Below, piece by piece: positions 11,264-19,268 of a stretch of DNA of 64,000 bases (positions within the stretch are counted from its first letter, which is position 1; each line of letters opens with the position of its first letter). The stretch lies in contig CAWDVW010000005.1 in the NCBI GenBank assembly GCA_963805855.1, positions 160,001 to 224,000 on the forward strand, given 5' to 3'. The stretch is from Candidatus Dadabacteria bacterium (GTDB taxonomy: Bacteria > Desulfobacterota_D > UBA1144 > Nemesobacterales > CSP1-2). The position numbers and the translations under genes were made by a program. The notes under the pieces were generated by a model. That model saw nothing but the letters and a program-made list of their open reading frames with translations, was not told where the DNA came from and did not search any database.

Positions 11264-11285
11264 CCGGGGTCAGTTCTGACCCCGG
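11264..11285. repeat. GGGGTCAG-type REP palindrome / possible terminator
   Basis: CCGGGGTCAG-TT-CTGACCCCGG perfect hairpin; same arms as the ends of 17470-17683. Confidence 0.7.
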
Positions 11286-11315
11286 CCGTTACTCCCTGAC
11301 AATCGTGTCAAAAGG

Positions 11316-11377
11316 TAGTACATCGTACTAGTACTTTTATAGGACATCTTCGTCATAAAAATAGTACAAAAGTACCA
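11316..11377. promoter_or_regulatory. Array of NarL/LuxR-type binding sites
   Basis: TAGTAC-atc-GTACTA (11316-11330), TAGTAC (11329), TAGGAC (11340) and TAGTAC-aaaa-GTACCA (11362-11377), between the LuxR regulator and the Cys-rich gene. Confidence 0.55.
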
Positions 11378-11461
11378 TTTACACGTCTATCTCAATTTGA
11401 TAAAAATGGCAAAGGGTATTTCGGTCTTATTGACGGGTAAACAACAGAGGGGGGTGTTGCA

Positions 11462-13867
11462 ATGAGTAGATTTTACATTGGACTTTTTGCTGTAATGACC
11501 CTGGTGGCAGTGTCTTATTCAGGTGTTGTTATTCCTCAACTCAGCGAGCAATCAGAAGCCAGACACTTCAGAAGAAATCTGGTAACGTTTTGTTACACAC
11601 CACGCTATCATTCAGAAAATTCTCGTACTATTAGAGTTGCCAAATTTTGGGCGAATATTCTCATCCGCTTTAACCTCGGCTACCTTGGTGAATGCGACTC
11701 GGACGGAGATGGTGTCCCAGACAACACAGACGAGTGCACGAATGACCCTAACAAGTCCGAGGCCGGGCAATGTGGCTGTGGAAACCCCGATACAGATACC
11801 GACCAAGACGGCATTGCGGATTGTAATGACCTTTGCCCAAACGGGACGATTGATTCTAACGAACAGTGTGACCCACCTGGTAATCCATGTGACAGTGATG
11901 GCGATGGTTTTCTTGACGGGTTTTGTGACGCACAATGTCAGTGCCCACTACCGCCGCCAAACTGTGGAGACGAAAACATCGATCCTGACGAGGAGTGCGA
12001 CGACGGAAACAGTAATAATGGTGATGGCTGTAGGATAAACTGCACTGAAGAAATATGCGGGGATGGAATAAAGGATCCACAAGAGGAATGCGATGATGGA
12101 AACAACGCAGACGATGATGGCTGCCAAGGAGACTGTACGTTACCCAGTTGCGGTGATGGGGTGATAGACCCGCTTGAGGCGTGTGACGATCAAGGCGAAT
12201 CCGCTGAGTGCGATGACGACTGCTCTTTGGTCATGTGTGGTGATGGAAAACTAAATCAGACCGCCGGCGAGGAATGTGATGACGGGAACGACACCAGTGG
12301 TGACGGTTGTAGCAACTCTTGTCAGTCAGAGTCGGTTTGCGGGAACGGAGTTATCGAAGGAAATGAAGCGTGCGATGATGGTAATACAGCTTCAGATGAC
12401 GGCTGCAGCGCTACGTGTTCGATTGTTGAAGACGGGTTTGTTTGTCCACCCGGGGGCGGGTCTTGTCGGCCCATTATTTGCGGCGACGACAACGTCGACC
12501 CCGGTGAGGAGTGCGACCCACCGGGTGGCGCGTGTGATTTCAATATGGACGGAAACATTGATGATGGTAAGTGTGACGATCAATGTCAGTGTCAAGCGCT
12601 ACCAGCAGGATGTGGTGACGCAGTGAAGAACAGAGACGAGACGGATGTTGACTGTGGAGGATCCTGTCTGCCATGTGTCGAAGGAAAGGATTGCTCAACT
12701 AATTCTGATTGTGAGAGTAACTTCTGCGCCGCAAACGTATGCCAAGCCACAGCCTGTGGTGACGGAGTTGTGCAGGGAAATGAGGAGTGCGATGATGGAG
12801 CAGCCAACTCAGATTCAGCACCCGATGCCTGCCGTACAAACTGCATTAACCCATTTTGCGGAGACGGTGTGCAGGATACCAGTGAGGAGTGCGATGATGG
12901 GAATAATGAAACCGGCGACGGTTGTCGCGAAGACTGTACAATACTGGGATGCGGAGATGGAATTGGAGATAGCGAGGTCTTCGTCAACGACGGCGTCTTG
13001 TCGTTCTTCATCGACACATACGAGGCATCGCGCCCCGACGCGGACAGCGTCCTACCCGGCGTCGCCGAGCACCGCGCCTGCTCGAGCCCTGATAAGCAGC
13101 CGTGGGTAAATGTGAGCTGGACCGAGGCCGATGCTGCCTGTACCGCCGCCGGTAAGCGGCTGTGCACCGAGGAAGAGTGGGAGCTGGCGTGCGCGGGCAC
13201 CGCCGACAACATGTTCCCGTACGGGAATGACTACGACGACGAGGCCTGCAATGGCAAGGACTACAATCCAAACTGCAGCGGGGAGGACGTGGATCTGGCG
13301 TTGCCGACCGGAACTGATTACGGCTGCCCGCCGCCGGGGGACAACGCTTGCGAGAGCGAGTTCAGCGCCTTCGATATGAGCGGAAACGTCGAAGAGTGGA
13401 CTGCGACGCAGGTCCTTCTGGATCCGCCGAGCTACCAAGTCCGCGGCGGGTCCTTCGACTCGGTCGGACTCGGGCTCACCTGCCAGTTTGACTTCACAGT
13501 CTTGACGGAGAGTGCCTCTGCTCCTTTCCTGGGATTCCGGTGCTGCCGCGACCCGCAGTGTGCCGCTGGATTTGGCAACTGCGACGGAGACCCCAGTAAT
13601 GGCTGTGAAACGAGTTTGAATACTGTAAGTAACTGTGGCGATTGCGATAGTATTTGTTCAAATCCTAACGGGAGCACAAGTTGTATTGGGGGTGCCTGTG
13701 CGCCGACATGTGCACCTGGATTTGATGACTGCGACGGAGACCCCAGTAATGGCTGTGAAACAGATTTAAATAATGATTTAAATAATTGTGGCGGCTGCGA
13801 TAATGTATGTCCCGATGCTGGTGGGAGTCCAAATTGTGTCGGGGGTATCTGTGGAGTCGAAAGCTGA
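11462..13867 (+). CDS. Secreted cysteine-rich protein: Myxococcus Cys-rich (DUF4215-like) repeats, FGE-sulfatase/SUMF1 domain, C-terminal CDGDPSNGCE repeats
   Basis: Signal peptide; many CGDG...EECDDGN...DGC repeats; FFIDTYEAS..PWVNVSW.EA..AC..AGKRLCTEEEWELAC..FDMSGNVEEW..RGGS..GFRCC. Confidence 0.88.
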   Translation: MSRFYIGLFAVMTLVAVSYSGVVIPQLSEQSEARHFRRNLVTFCYTPRYHSENSRTIRVAKFWANILIRFNLGYLGECDSDGDGVPDNTDECTNDPNKSEAGQCGCGNPDTDTDQDGIADCNDLCPNGTIDSNEQCDPPGNPCDSDGDGFLDGFCDAQCQCPLPPPNCGDENIDPDEECDDGNSNNGDGCRINCTEEICGDGIKDPQEECDDGNNADDDGCQGDCTLPSCGDGVIDPLEACDDQGESAECDDDCSLVMCGDGKLNQTAGEECDDGNDTSGDGCSNSCQSESVCGNGVIEGNEACDDGNTASDDGCSATCSIVEDGFVCPPGGGSCRPIICGDDNVDPGEECDPPGGACDFNMDGNIDDGKCDDQCQCQALPAGCGDAVKNRDETDVDCGGSCLPCVEGKDCSTNSDCESNFCAANVCQATACGDGVVQGNEECDDGAANSDSAPDACRTNCINPFCGDGVQDTSEECDDGNNETGDGCREDCTILGCGDGIGDSEVFVNDGVLSFFIDTYEASRPDADSVLPGVAEHRACSSPDKQPWVNVSWTEADAACTAAGKRLCTEEEWELACAGTADNMFPYGNDYDDEACNGKDYNPNCSGEDVDLALPTGTDYGCPPPGDNACESEFSAFDMSGNVEEWTATQVLLDPPSYQVRGGSFDSVGLGLTCQFDFTVLTESASAPFLGFRCCRDPQCAAGFGNCDGDPSNGCETSLNTVSNCGDCDSICSNPNGSTSCIGGACAPTCAPGFDDCDGDPSNGCETDLNNDLNNCGGCDNVCPDAGGSPNCVGGICGVES

Positions 13868-14023
13868 AACGCTGGACGTGATGACTGCGACGGAAACCCC
13901 AGTAATGGCTGGGAAACAGATTTAAATAATAATGAAGAAGAAAATGGGGACAGGCACTAATGAATTAAAAAGTTAGTATCTGATTCCCCGCTGTCAGGCA
14001 CCTGACATCTCGCGACGCGAAAG

Positions 14024-14071
14024 GAAGGATTTCTTGCTGAAGCTCGAAATGACAAAAATAGAAAACGATAG
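14024..14071 (+). repeat. 48-bp direct repeat, copy 1 (REP-like)
   Basis: GAAGGATTTCTTGCTGAAGCTCGAAATGACAAAAATAGAAAACGATAG; 44/48 identical to 16007-16054. Confidence 0.85.
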
Positions 14072-14102
14072 TAAATAAAGGGGACGCAACCCTTTAGAAC
14101 AG

Positions 14103-14170
14103 GATGCACGATCCATGATGCACGATGCAGGATGCGAAATGCAGGAGACAGAAGACGGAAGACAGAAGAC
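14103..14170 (+). repeat. Degenerate heptamer tandem repeats
   Basis: GATGCAC/GATCCAT/GATGCAC/GATGCAG/GATGCGA followed by GAAGACG/GAAGACA units. Confidence 0.75.
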
Positions 14171-14368
14171 AAACAAAATGGGGACAGAAACTTATTTTTA
14201 TGAGGATTATGGAGTTCGAATTGGAGAAAACATAACATCGATTTTGAAACAATTTTAAGGATTCCCAGAAAAGATTTATTGAAAACAGGGAGAGACACTT
14301 GTTATTTTTCTTAGTATTAGATGCAACGCCGATGTTACTAGAAAAAAACATTTTAAGGAGGATGTAGA

Positions 14369-14653
14369 ATGAAAAAAATCACGTTAGCTTTCCTGATGAT
14401 TATTGCTTTTGTGTTCTCCGTGATACCCAGCGCATCTCCGCTGGCTCATGCACAAGATCTCTGTGAGTACCAGCCTTTTATCTTTTGGACGTGCGAGGAC
14501 ATTCCTGACCCCGAATGCATTAGTGACCCCGGAATAGCCGGTCGGGACCCCGACCGACCCCAGTGCGGGGTACCGAGCAACTTAGACAGTTTCCTAGACT
14601 GTTGCCATGAATGTGACGGAACCGTTGTCCGCAACTTTATACACTCAAACTAA
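14369..14653 (+). CDS. Small secreted Cys-rich hypothetical protein
   Basis: AAGGAGG RBS, signal peptide ending LAHA, 7 Cys in the ~66-aa mature part. Confidence 0.7.
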   Translation: MKKITLAFLMIIAFVFSVIPSASPLAHAQDLCEYQPFIFWTCEDIPDPECISDPGIAGRDPDRPQCGVPSNLDSFLDCCHECDGTVVRNFIHSN

Positions 14654-14894
14654 AGATGTGATCCGTGAGTTACGGTCTGTAACAAAAATGAGCATTTGCA
14701 CAGGTGCTCATCCTGAAAAATGGGGACATACACTAATTATTAAATAGTTAGTGTCTGTTGTCCGATCGTTAGGCGCATATCGTGGCTGTAGAAGCGAGAT
14801 ATTTCCAGAACTAATTTTTAAAAGCATTTTCTTCAAATATCTTATTTTTCTTTCTAACTTCTTTGTCTTGATACTTACAAATAAAGGGGACGCA

Positions 14895-15918
14895 TGTAGA
14901 TGCTCAGTAATTAGGTAACTCTTTTGGTAAAATGAATTAATCAAAGGAGGCCTAATGAGACATCGAGATATTGTTATTGTAAAGAGATGGATTCCTATTC
15001 TTGAGGAATACGAAAGAACAAGGGCCAAAGTAACCCCAAGACCATTTAGATTTGTAAAAGACCTTTGCGAAGCCCACCATATAAAGAAAAAAGAGCTGCG
15101 TCGTTACTATTGCAAATGGATAGAAGGCGGCCGAAAACAAGAGAGCCTTTTACCGGATAAGCGGGGTCCAAAACCAGGGAGTCGTAGAACACCTAAGGAG
15201 ATGGAAAGAAACATAGTAAAGGCATACAGGCGATTCGGATCCAATAGATATGAGTTAGTTCTATTATTTAAACCATATTACTTAGATAAGACACCTTCAC
15301 CAGCCACGATGGATAGAATAAAGGCACGTTATCCATTAAACGGGTCTGCAAAGAAGATTATCAAGCGTTACGAGAAGCAAGCCCCAGGAGAATTGGCTCA
15401 CATTGATTTAAGCAAGGTACCGAGCGACATAAGATATTCTCTTAAGATAAAAGGGCTCTACATTGCAGCTTTGTGTGATGACTGTACACGCATTAGCTAT
15501 GCTGAGATACTTAGGGATAAGAAAGCTTCAACATTAACGTATTTCATGGCACGTTCATTGTCTTGGTTTAAACAAATATACAACTTTGAATTTGAGTCAA
15601 TCATGTCAGATAATGGACCTGAATTTAGGGGCAAGCTGCGATATGAACATCCATTCGAGACGATGTGCCAGGAGTTAGGGATAAAGCATATTAATACAAG
15701 AACGAACAGGCCGCAAACAAATGGGAAGATAGAAGCATTTTTCAAGATAGCTAAGAAGGAGTTCTTTTATCCAAATAAATTTGAATCTGAAGAGGATCTA
15801 ATCTTAAATTTAGGGAATTTCCTATTTGAATATAATCACCTTAGAAGACATGGGGGATTGAATTATGAAACGCCATTTGATAAGTTACAAAAAGTTACCG
15901 AATTAGTGAGCTAGTACA
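14895..15918 (+). mobile_element. IS481-family insertion sequence (1024 bp), complete
   Basis: TGT...ACA ends; imperfect IRs TGTAGATGCTCAGTAATTAGGTAAC / TGTACTAGCTCACTAATTCGGTAAC; 5-bp duplication ACGCA at 14890-14894 and 15919-15923. Confidence 0.93.
14955..15914 (+). CDS. IS481-family DDE transposase (rve integrase core)
   Basis: RYEKQAPGELAHID, DDCTR, MSDNGPEF, RPQTNGKIE, YNHLRRHGGL..ETP. Confidence 0.93.
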   Translation: MRHRDIVIVKRWIPILEEYERTRAKVTPRPFRFVKDLCEAHHIKKKELRRYYCKWIEGGRKQESLLPDKRGPKPGSRRTPKEMERNIVKAYRRFGSNRYELVLLFKPYYLDKTPSPATMDRIKARYPLNGSAKKIIKRYEKQAPGELAHIDLSKVPSDIRYSLKIKGLYIAALCDDCTRISYAEILRDKKASTLTYFMARSLSWFKQIYNFEFESIMSDNGPEFRGKLRYEHPFETMCQELGIKHINTRTNRPQTNGKIEAFFKIAKKEFFYPNKFESEEDLILNLGNFLFEYNHLRRHGGLNYETPFDKLQKVTELVS

Positions 15919-16006
15919 ACGCAACCCTTTATTTCCTGTGATAGAAGCTTGTTTTGATCGAGGTGAAAAACGTTAGAGATTCCTCAGTCGTGTGACTGGT
16001 TCAAAT

Positions 16007-16054
16007 GAAGGATTTCTGGCCAAGGCTCGAAATGACAAAAATAGAAAACGATAG
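16007..16054 (+). repeat. 48-bp direct repeat, copy 2
   Basis: 44/48 identical to 14024-14071. Confidence 0.85.
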
Positions 16055-16219
16055 AGGGGTCAAAAAAAGAGGAGATTGCTTCGCAGGAGCTGGCAATAAC
16101 GTCTTTGTGCATTCCCGATTAATGCATTCGGGACTTACGGCAGATAGAGTACAGGTGCTGAAAAAATTATGGTGAAAGGCAAGATGCTTTGACCCCTCAA
16201 GAACTATAAGGAGATAAAT

Positions 16220-16492
16220 TCATTCATAGTGCGTCCACATTCGTATAATTTTTACCGTCTTTATATCTTCTAAGACCTGATAAACAAGACGATGCTGAAT
16301 GCTTATTCTCCTAGAATAGGCACCCGAGAGGTCGCCAACCGACTTTTCAAATGGTGGGGGAGTTTTGAAGGGATTTTCACGGATGATCTCTAACAAGGAT
16401 TCTGCTTTGTCTCTAAGACCTGCCTGGGAAATGCTCCTTGCGTCCTTTTTGGCTTGTCTGGTAAAAACCAATCGCCAAGGACTAGTCACCAC
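16220..16492 (-). CDS. yoeB: Txe/YoeB family toxin
   Basis: NPFKTPPPFEK.VGDLSGAYSRRISIQHRLVYQV....VKIIRMWTHYE. Confidence 0.93.
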   Translation of the reverse strand: MVTSPWRLVFTRQAKKDARSISQAGLRDKAESLLEIIRENPFKTPPPFEKSVGDLSGAYSRRISIQHRLVYQVLEDIKTVKIIRMWTHYE

Positions 16493-16728
16493 TCAGGTTC
16501 CTCAGAGCACTCCTCTACTGGCGTCTGAAGCCCTTCAATTATTGATTCCCTCATCCCTGGGATAGACAACAAGTGAAGTGTTTCCTGGATGGATCGCCAA
16601 TCCTCTTCAGATATAAGAACGGCATTTGAACGCTTACCGGATATATAAATCGGCTCATGGGATTCACTAGCCTCGTCGATCAACCTGTATAAATTGTTTC
16701 TTGCTTCGGTCGCTTTTATGATCTTCAT
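16486..16728 (-). CDS. yefM: Phd/YefM family antitoxin
   Basis: ATEARNNLYRLIDE...HEPI.I.GKRSNAVLISEEDWRSIQETLHLLSIPGM; overlaps the toxin gene. Confidence 0.93.
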   Translation of the reverse strand: MKIIKATEARNNLYRLIDEASESHEPIYISGKRSNAVLISEEDWRSIQETLHLLSIPGMRESIIEGLQTPVEECSEEPEW

Positions 16729-16744
16729 TTAATCATCTCAACTA

Positions 16745-16770
16745 AAAGTGTACGTTAAGACGTACGCTTT
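16745..16770. promoter_or_regulatory. TA operon operator palindrome
   Basis: AAAGTGTACGT-taag-ACGTACGCTTT just upstream of the antitoxin; TGTAC core typical of YefM operators. Confidence 0.7.
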
Positions 16771-16941
16771 ATCAAATATTTAATCCTTTTGCAGTCTTCG
16801 ATAGTCAAAAAAGCCTTTTAAATCATTAAAGTGGGGCGCTTGCCCCTTTTAACCCCTTCAACCCGAATTTCATGAATTGTGAAACCTTTAAAAACAACAC
16901 GCATCTTACACTAAAACAAAGCTCAATTTAGGAGGTGTAGT

Positions 16942-17463
16942 ATGAAGAGATTAATTCCCGCAGTTGTGATTTTCACGGCTTTTGCTTTTTTATCCGTGAA
17001 TATCGGATACACGGAGTCACACGACTCCTCCAAAATGGCCTCGGATCTCTGGAACAAAATTCAAGGTGAGAAATATACGGAGAACTGGGCTCTTTTTCCC
17101 GGAAAGGGGAAATTATACAAAGGGACGGAACCCCACGGTATGCTGCTGACTACTTATGTAAACAAGACTGCCGAACAGGGATTAACATCGGGCGCTAAGC
17201 AGCTTTCCAAGGGCTCTATTCTGATCAAGGAAAATTATATGCCGGACAAAACCCTTGCAGCGATCACGGTGATGGAAAAGACAGGGGACGGGAAGGATGA
17301 CTGGTTCTGGGCTAAATACAATCCGGACGGCACTATTGCGACAATGGAAATGGAAAAGGACGGAAAGAAGATGACTATGGCGGTAGCCGGAGGCCAGCAC
17401 ACCATGTGTGCAATGTGCCACGCAGCTTCAACAGGCGGGATTCATAATATTATGACGAAGTAA
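16942..17463 (+). CDS. Cytochrome P460 family protein
   Basis: Signal peptide; PHG....YVN; GSILIKENY; TVMEK; DWFWAKY.PDG; C-terminal CAMCH heme motif. Confidence 0.85.
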   Translation: MKRLIPAVVIFTAFAFLSVNIGYTESHDSSKMASDLWNKIQGEKYTENWALFPGKGKLYKGTEPHGMLLTTYVNKTAEQGLTSGAKQLSKGSILIKENYMPDKTLAAITVMEKTGDGKDDWFWAKYNPDGTIATMEMEKDGKKMTMAVAGGQHTMCAMCHAASTGGIHNIMTK

Positions 17464-17469
17464 AACTGA

Positions 17470-17683
17470 CGGGGTCAGTGCTGAACATTATACTGTCTTT
17501 CCTAATTAAGAAGAGAACTTACAACAGTCATTATCGTTCAAACAAATGCCCTGCTTCAGATTACCACGTGCAGTCCGTTGGCGCATGGCCCCTGAAAACC
17601 GTAACATCAATGGCCAGGCCATACCGTTAAGTATACGCAGATTTAAGCAAGGAATTTCAGTGGAAGGTTTAGGGCTGACCCCG
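17470..17683 (-). mobile_element. Internally deleted RAYT (REP-associated tyrosine transposase) element
   Basis: Inverted ends CGGGGTCAGTGCTGAAC / CGGGGTCAGCCCTAAAC. Inside, 17622->17506 encodes MAWPLMLRFSGAMRQRTARGNLKQGICLNDND, resembling the RAYT N-terminus MARPLR.EF.GA.YHVTARGN....IF.DD.D. Confidence 0.75.
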
Positions 17684-17725
17684 GCTTTGTGAAACTTATT
17701 ATGATTATCTTCATCAGATAATTAC

Positions 17726-18702
17726 ATGACCAGAATTTTGTTTGCAGCATTGTTTACTCTCATTGCCCCTAATATTTACTCGCAACCTGCATACTCCACT
17801 GATACACCGAATGGCTTTGACATCTCCAAAAGCCTTATCCCGAAGGACGAGATACATTCCGGCGGTCCACCAAGGGACGGAATTCCGGCAATTCTCGAGC
17901 CAAAATTTGAATCTGCCGGGAAAGCGACATGGCTGAATGACGATGACCTGGTGACCGGGGTTAATATTAACCGTGTTCAAAAGGCATACCCCCTCAGGTC
18001 CTTGTATGGCATGAGGTAGTAAATGACAAGGTAGGAAGTATGCCTATTCTGGTATCTTATTGTCCCCTCTGCAGCTCTACAATCGTGTTTAGCCGTGAAT
18101 TCAGCGGTAAGGAACTAACCTTCGGAATATCTGGACTCCTCTATCAATCTGATGTTTTATTCTACGACCATCAAAACGAAAGCCTGTGGTCACAACTAGA
18201 GATGAAGGCAGTAACGGGAAAGAAAATTGGCACAGACCTAGCGATAGTTCCTTCTGTGCTTGCTACATGGAAGGAATGGAAAGATAAACACCCCAATACT
18301 CTAGTCCTTTCGAGAGACACAGGATTTAGCGGGAATTTTACTCGCGATCCGTATGGCGGATATGAAGACTCAGACCTTTTAATGTTTCCAGTAAAAAACA
18401 GGAGCAATAGGTTCCATCCAAAAGAAAGGGTGCTAGTTGTTATTGTTGGGGATATTGCTAAAGCATATCCATTTTCTGAGCTCGAAAAAGTTGGAACACC
18501 ATTTGAAGATAAGATAGGACAACAGGAAGTAGTAATAAAATATGGAGACGGCCATTATGTCACTGCGACTGATAAATCCGGACAACCAATTAAATCCTTT
18601 GTCGCCTACTGGTTTGCGTGGTACACATTTAGGCCAGATACACTTGTATTCAATTCAAATTCACAGCCCGACTCGATCGGTCATAGTCATAGGGGTTTTT
18701 AA
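17726..18702 (+). CDS. DUF3179 family exported protein, frameshift near 17998
   Basis: SGGPPRDGIPAI.EPKF; KAYPLR|LVWHEVVND; SYCPLCSS; FGISGLLYQSD..FYD..ESLWSQ; YWFAWYTFRPDT. Confidence 0.88.
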
Positions 18703-18969
18703 CCTTCTCACACGGTTTGCGGATACATTCAAGGTAGACCTCGAAAATTAAAGTAAAGTGTGATATTCCGGACTTACTCTGCAATGTCATCGGAATTTCA
18801 TTCTATGGAGTTCCTCGGAACGAACCTGTTTAGTGAGATTGAGTCCATGTCGCAATTCAAATTCAATAACGGTAAGATCAGCCGTGTGTAAGAGTGTTTC
18901 GTAAACCTTTACAAAAAGCCTAGCCCTTGATAACCTTCCACTTACTTTCTCGAATCAAGGAATGCAGCC

Positions 18970-19200
18970 ATGAATAGTAGTATTTCCATTTTTTTTAAAA
19001 ACTTTTTTAGAAAGGAAACTACAAATAGGGCAATAAAAGTCGCACTGGTAGTGGCGCCGATACTAATAATTATCAATCACCACGATGCTATCTTGGAATT
19101 TAAGTTCACACACTTATTCTTTATTAAATGTGTACTAACATTTCTCGTCCCGTATTGTGTTTCGGCTTTTTCTTCCGCCCGCGCATATTCATCAAGGTAA
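18970..19200 (+). CDS. NrtS-like small membrane protein
   Basis: AIKVALVVAPILIIINH.D...K.VLTFLVPYCVS. Confidence 0.8.
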   Translation: MNSSISIFFKNFFRKETTNRAIKVALVVAPILIIINHHDAILEFKFTHLFFIKCVLTFLVPYCVSAFSSARAYSSR

Positions 19201-19268
19201 GGAGTAATTGACCATTCATATCAGTGATAATTAATTTGTTGAACCGGATTTTTTGCGGAGTCAGTCCA

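Noticed and set aside
11612-13677. Many alternate-frame and antisense ORFs over the Cys-rich gene, and similar shadow ORFs elsewhere
   Set aside because: Shadows of repetitive or GC-rich coding sequence with no recognisable motifs.
11462-13960. Diversity-generating retroelement (FGE/CLec-fold target plus nearby repeats)
   Set aside because: No reverse transcriptase or Avd in the window. The repeats lie outside the FGE domain, are in-frame protein repeats, and do not show adenine-specific differences.
13940-16200. CRISPR array
   Set aside because: The repeats are irregularly spaced and heterogeneous, with no constant spacer length and no cas genes.
17726-18702. Selenocysteine recoding in DUF3179
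   Set aside because: The CxxC motif is encoded by Cys codons, and the break is a 1-nt frameshift rather than an in-frame TGA.
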